Assembly (NCBI GenBank): GCA_027050205.1
Contig: JALUCS010000132.1
Location: 1 to 64,000, forward strand
Direction: 5' to 3'
Length of the DNA: 64,000 bases
Source: a candidate division WOR-3 bacterium
GTDB taxonomy: Bacteria > Hydrothermota > Hydrothermia > LBFQ01
Positions 59,832 to 64,000 of this stretch are shown here, in pieces. Every line of letters starts with the position of its first letter. Positions within the stretch are counted from its first letter, which is position 1. Both the position numbers and the translations under genes were made by a program. The notes under the pieces were generated by a model that was given only the letters and a program-made list of their open reading frames with translations, made no database searches and was not told where the DNA came from.

Positions 59832-61001
59832 ATGAAAGGAAAACCCAAGATCCTGATACTTGGAGGTGGAAGCGGGGGTCTGGTATCCGCCAACAAGCTG
59901 GCCAAGATCTTCAAGTACGGTGAGGGGGCAGACATAACCCTCATAGATAAGAACCCCTACCACGAGTTCATGCCCAGCTACCCGTGGGTGGGGTTGAGCT
60001 TCAAGGAGCCGGACGACATACGCCGTCCCCTCAAACTCCTTGAGAAGAAGGGTATCAAGTTCGTAAACGACGAGATAACCCAGATACTTCCCTCCAAAAA
60101 GAAGGTCAAAACCAAGAAGGGCGAGTACGACTACGACTTCCTCATCGTATCCCTCGGTGCCGTCCTTGACCCCGACGCCCTCCCCGGCTACGAGGACGCC
60201 CACCATACGTGGTCCCTGGAAGGGGCCTTGCGCTTCCGTGAGGCCATAAGGAACTTCAAGGGCGGCAACATAGTGATAGGGGTCTCCGGCATGTACTACC
60301 GCTGCCCTCCCGCCCCGTACGAGGTGGCCGGACAGTTAGACTTCACCCTTAGGGCGAGGGGCCTGCGCGACAAGACCAACATAACCGTCTTCAACGTCAC
60401 CCCCGGTCCCCTCTCCAACATGGGGCCCGCCATAATGGGTGTCATACAGGAGATCCTGGACAACAAGGGCGTGAAGTTTGAGGGCAACTTTGAGATAACC
60501 CGCGTGGATAAGGACTCCAAGAAGGTGGTCGCCAAGGACGGTAGGGAGATACCCTACGACCTCCTTCTCCTGGTGCCTCCCCACAAGGTCAATCCCGTCG
60601 TTGCCAACAGCGAGCTGGCAGGGCCGCAGGGACTCCCCATAGTGGACCCGGAGACCTTCCGCTCCAAGAAGTTCCCCGAGGTGTTCATCATAGGGGACGT
60701 GGTCAACTCCGCCCTCAACCTGCCTCCGGCCGGTGTGGTGGCCCACTTCCAGGCCGAGTTCATAGCCAACGAGATAGCAGCGGATGTGAAGGGCGCCTAC
60801 ATCGGGGACTCCTTCAGCCCCGTGGCGATGTGTATCATGGACTTCGGGGACGACGCCGTCCTGCCTATGTGCGAGTTCTCCCACTTCTACAAGGACGTCT
60901 CCGGACCGCCGAGCTGCGGAGTCCTCGGCCGCGGCAAGGAGATAAGGCTGGTGAAGATGGCCTTTGAGGCGATGTGGTTCGGTTTCTATCTTACCAAGTA
61001 A
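59832..61001 (+). CDS. Sulfide:quinone oxidoreductase-family FAD-dependent oxidoreductase
   Basis: GGGSGG, YD.LIV.LG, CPPAPYE, PPH, IGD and C-terminal C..D.G motifs. Confidence 0.85.
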   Translation: MKGKPKILILGGGSGGLVSANKLAKIFKYGEGADITLIDKNPYHEFMPSYPWVGLSFKEPDDIRRPLKLLEKKGIKFVNDEITQILPSKKKVKTKKGEYDYDFLIVSLGAVLDPDALPGYEDAHHTWSLEGALRFREAIRNFKGGNIVIGVSGMYYRCPPAPYEVAGQLDFTLRARGLRDKTNITVFNVTPGPLSNMGPAIMGVIQEILDNKGVKFEGNFEITRVDKDSKKVVAKDGREIPYDLLLLVPPHKVNPVVANSELAGPQGLPIVDPETFRSKKFPEVFIIGDVVNSALNLPPAGVVAHFQAEFIANEIAADVKGAYIGDSFSPVAMCIMDFGDDAVLPMCEFSHFYKDVSGPPSCGVLGRGKEIRLVKMAFEAMWFGFYLTK

Positions 61002-61012
61002 GGAGGTGAAAG

Positions 61013-61504
61013 ATGGCAACTATGAGCAAAGACGAAAGGGTGCAGGAGAGCATAGAGAAACTTCTGGAGCTCCTCCAGAAGGCGAACGAGGCGGGCCTGA
61101 TTGACTTCGCAGAGGATATGGTGGAGCTGGTGCCGGATTCCCTCTCCTATATGACGGACCCCCGTGTCCTAACGATAGGCTCCAACATCTCCTTCATCCT
61201 CCACGTTCTGGAGATGCTCAACCCCACGATCCTCTCCGTGATGTTTAACAACTTCGCCAAGGCTCTCAACGAGGAGATGACCCCGGAGACCTTCCAGAAC
61301 CCGCCCAAGGTCGGCCTGATGGGCCTTATGAAGATGCTCGGGGATCCGGACGTACAGAGGGCGCTCGGCTTCATCTTCCTCTTCCTGAAGGCCTTCGGAA
61401 AGTCAATAAGCTACACCTCCGAGGACTTCTCCAAGATGATGCCCCAGATGGAGAACCAGCTCAAGATGATCCGCGAGAAGCGGAAGAAGCTGGGCATCTC
61501 GTAA
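61013..61504 (+). CDS. DUF1641 domain protein
   Basis: VGL.GL.K.L.DPDVQR.LGF...FLK.FG; typical SQR partner; SD AGGAGG. Confidence 0.85.
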   Translation: MATMSKDERVQESIEKLLELLQKANEAGLIDFAEDMVELVPDSLSYMTDPRVLTIGSNISFILHVLEMLNPTILSVMFNNFAKALNEEMTPETFQNPPKVGLMGLMKMLGDPDVQRALGFIFLFLKAFGKSISYTSEDFSKMMPQMENQLKMIREKRKKLGIS

Positions 61505-61510
61505 TCTCAC

Positions 61511-61538
61511 AAGGGAGGGGGCTTAGGCCCCCTCCCTT
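61511..61538. terminator. Hairpin between convergent genes (probable bidirectional terminator)
   Basis: Perfect 12-bp stem AAGGGAGGGGGC-TTAG-GCCCCCTCCCTT. Confidence 0.75.
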
Positions 61539-62098
61539 CACCTTATTACCCCCTCAACCTTTACCTTAAGGCCCTTGAGGATACAGGATTCTACCTCCCC
61601 ATTGCCAGCGGCGACGGTGTGCAATACGTACTTGCCGTCCTTCAGACACCATACCTCTATCACCTTCCCGCGTGGCAGGACTATCCAGTACTCCCTTACG
61701 CCGTACTTCTCGTAGAGCTTAAACTTTTCGTACCTGTCCTTTACGTAGCTGCCCGGTGAAACGATCTCAACAGCCAAGTCCGGAGGGCCGAAGATACGGT
61801 CTTTGACTATTCCAAGCCTCTCTTTGGAGACGAAGAGGATATCCGGCTGTATTACCGTTGACTCGGAAAGGACAACATCTACGGGCGATATGAGGACCTC
61901 TCCTAATTTAGCCTTTTCTACAAAGTCGTATATAATCTTATAAAGCTTCCCAAGTATCCTCTGATGCTCCGTCGTAGGTGAGGGCATCTCTTCCAACCTC
62001 CCGTTTATGACTTCGTACCGTTTGTCGTCTTCAAGGCGGAGGTAGTCCTCGTAGATCCAGACCTTCCCCTCCGGCCTATCAATCTCCCCCATCTTCAA
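61538..62098 (-). CDS. Uma2 (DUF820) family PD-(D/E)xK endonuclease
   Basis: YE.ING, PSP...HQ, QPD, PDL.VEIVSP, K...Y.KYGV.EYWIV.P. Confidence 0.93.
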   Translation of the reverse strand: MKMGEIDRPEGKVWIYEDYLRLEDDKRYEVINGRLEEMPSPTTEHQRILGKLYKIIYDFVEKAKLGEVLISPVDVVLSESTVIQPDILFVSKERLGIVKDRIFGPPDLAVEIVSPGSYVKDRYEKFKLYEKYGVREYWIVLPRGKVIEVWCLKDGKYVLHTVAAGNGEVESCILKGLKVKVEGVIR

Positions 62099-63118
62099 CC
62101 TCCTTCAGTAGGTCCTTGAGCCGGAACTTCACCCCCTCCAGAAGGTCCACCTCTTCATCTTCACCGAAGACCTTGAGACTCCCTTCGGCGACCACAACCA
62201 CCTCCCTGTCCTCTGGAAACACCCAAATCTGCCTCTTCACCCCCCACCTCCTGTAGTCCTCCATCTTCTCAAGTATGTAGGGTAGGCTGTCGGAGGGTGA
62301 GACTATCTCAACTATCAGGTCTGGCGGTACCTCTATGGCCCCTCCCTTCAGTTTCCACCTATCTTTGGATATCGCCACCACGTCCGCCCCTCGTAGAGTC
62401 AGGGGAGAACGGGAGAGGAGCAACGCCACCTCACCACTAAGGACGATGTAAGGTCCTTTAGATTTGAGTAGCAATCCGGTTATAAGGGCTTCCATAAAAC
62501 CGTGTGTATCCCCCGTAGGCATCTTTCTGACCTCCTTGCCTCTTATAACTTCCGAGACCTCCTCCGGTATCCTACCGCTTAGATAGTCCTCGTAGGTCCA
62601 AACTTTCTCCCTCTCCAGTACGGCTCCCCTCATTTCAAAACCTCCTCAACCTTTACCTTGAGGCCATTCAGGACGCAGGACTCAACCTCCCCTTCCTCAA
62701 CGGCGAGGCTGTGCAGGACGTACTTGCCGCCCTTCAAACACCATACCTCTATCACCTTTTCGCGCGGCAGGACTATCCAGTACTCCCTTACGCCGTACTT
62801 CTCGTAGAGCCTAAACTTTTCATACCTGTCCTTTACGTAGCTGCCCGGTGAAACGATCTCCACAGCCAAGTCCGGAGGGCCGAAGATACGGTCTTTGACT
62901 ATTCCAAGCCTCTCTTTGGAGACGAAGAGGATATCCGGCTGTATTACCGTTGACTCGGAAAGGACAACATCCACGGGCGATATGAGGACCTCTCCTAATT
63001 TAGCCTTTTCTACAAAGTCGTCCATAATCTTATAAAACTTCCCAAGTATCCTCTGATGCTCCGTCGTAGGTGAGGGCATCTCTTCCAACCTCCCGTTTAT
63101 GACTTCGTACCGTTTGTC
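61628..63118. repeat. Direct repeat of about 400 bp (about 61628-62026 and 62720-63118)
   Basis: Long identical blocks such as GGACTATCCAGTACTCCCTTACGCCGTACTTCTCGTAGAGC in both copies, with scattered substitutions. Confidence 0.9.
62079..62633 (-). CDS. Uma2 (DUF820) family endonuclease, divergent
   Basis: P....H, R.ADV, PDL.VEIVSPSD, K..DY...GV...WV.P. Confidence 0.88.
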   Translation of the reverse strand: MRGAVLEREKVWTYEDYLSGRIPEEVSEVIRGKEVRKMPTGDTHGFMEALITGLLLKSKGPYIVLSGEVALLLSRSPLTLRGADVVAISKDRWKLKGGAIEVPPDLIVEIVSPSDSLPYILEKMEDYRRWGVKRQIWVFPEDREVVVVAEGSLKVFGEDEEVDLLEGVKFRLKDLLKEVEDGGD

Positions 63119-63196
63119 ATCTGTGAGCTTTAAATAGTCCTCGTATGTCCAAACCTTCACCTTCGCCCTCTCAAGGGTAAATTTACTCATCTTCAA
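62630..63196 (-). CDS. Uma2 (DUF820) family endonuclease, near-identical to 61538-62098
   Basis: Same motifs; core almost identical at DNA level with a 1092-bp offset. Confidence 0.93.
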   Translation of the reverse strand: MKMSKFTLERAKVKVWTYEDYLKLTDDKRYEVINGRLEEMPSPTTEHQRILGKFYKIMDDFVEKAKLGEVLISPVDVVLSESTVIQPDILFVSKERLGIVKDRIFGPPDLAVEIVSPGSYVKDRYEKFRLYEKYGVREYWIVLPREKVIEVWCLKGGKYVLHSLAVEEGEVESCVLNGLKVKVEEVLK

Positions 63197-63280
63197 CCCC
63201 CTTTAACCGCATCGGTGTTATTCTAAGGTTGAAGACACCTATTAGGTCGCCGGTCGCACCCCCTTAAAATCCTTCCCCGA

Positions 63281-64000
63281 ATGAGGCACCTTTTAGATAT
63301 TGAGACGGCGGATAGGGGTTTCCTTGACAGGGTACTGGAGAGTGCAGAGGTGTTCCTTAAGGTACTGGAGCAACCCTCCCGAAAGCTCCCCACCCTCCGG
63401 GGTAAGACCGTCCTCTTCATGTTTATGGAACCTTCTACCCGTACCCAGGCCTCCTTTGAGATGGCGGCCAAGAGGCTTTCGGCTGACACCCTCAACTTCT
63501 CCCCGGCCAAGTCCTCAATGAAAAAGGGGGAGACCTTCCTTGACACCTTATACAACCTCCAGGCGATGGAGGTGGACGGCATAGTGATAAGGCACTCCGC
63601 CCCAGGGGCCGCCCACTTCGTCGCCCGCCATACCAGGGCCAGCGTAATAAACGCCGGCGATGGCTCCCACGAGCATCCCACCCAGGCCCTCCTTGACGCC
63701 TTCACCGTAAAGAGGAGGCTCGGAACCCTGAGCGGCCTCAAGGTCCTGATAGTGGGGGACATCCTCCACTCGCGGGTGGCCCGCTCCAACCTGTTCCTGT
63801 GGCGGATGTACGGTAGCGAGGTCCTGTTCTCCGGTCCCCCGACCCTTTTACCAGGGGAGTTTGAGGAACTCGGTGCGAAGGTCGTAGAGTTAGACGATGC
63901 CCTCCCGGAGGCGGATGTCGTTATGGTCCTGAGGCTCCAGAGGGAGAGGATGGAAGGCTCTTTCGTACCCTCCGTCAGGGAGTACAGGCGTTTCTGGGGG
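63281..64000 (+). CDS. pyrB: Aspartate carbamoyltransferase catalytic subunit (runs off the window end; absent from the ORF track)
   Basis: ATG 63281 gives MRHLLDI...F.EPSTRT..SFE.AAKRL, SS..KGE, RH, NAGDG.HEHPTQALLD, GDI.HSRVARSN, LRLQ.ER. Confidence 0.95.
   Translation, partial: MRHLLDIETADRGFLDRVLESAEVFLKVLEQPSRKLPTLRGKTVLFMFMEPSTRTQASFEMAAKRLSADTLNFSPAKSSMKKGETFLDTLYNLQAMEVDGIVIRHSAPGAAHFVARHTRASVINAGDGSHEHPTQALLDAFTVKRRLGTLSGLKVLIVGDILHSRVARSNLFLWRMYGSEVLFSGPPTLLPGEFEELGAKVVELDDALPEADVVMVLRLQRERMEGSFVPSVREYRRFWG

Overview
GC-rich, gene-dense chromosomal window from a diderm, probably thermophilic bacterium. T9SS-like C-terminal tails and gene content suggest an FCB-related lineage such as WOR-3 (inference only). 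It holds a short CRISPR array (98-531) and an interference-only type I-B cas operon (cas3-cas8-separate cas11-like-cas7-cas5-cas6, 9094-16011). It also has many housekeeping genes (pyrD, tldD/tldE, def, yajC, nadB, folK, trmFO, pdxT, ftsW, lepA, coaX, PBP2, pyrB), three tRNAs, a cluster of Bor-like lipoproteins, an SQR-DUF1641 operon and three tandem Uma2 nucleases. The standout accessory element is a very AT-rich two-gene island (about 49.5-56.7 kb) encoding a sacsin-like GHKL ATPase protein and a UPF1/DNA2-like SF1 helicase. It is bounded by an 8-bp direct repeat and is a candidate uncharacterised defence system. Three window-wide patterns stand out: (i) -10-box promoters placed 5-13 nt before start codons (leaderless expression), (ii) ultrashort 6-8 aa hydrophobic N-termini on predicted exported non-lipoproteins, and (iii) strong TCGA avoidance. 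Several start codons were moved from the ORF track using the -10 spacing pattern. All calls come from motif recognition by eye; no database searches were run.
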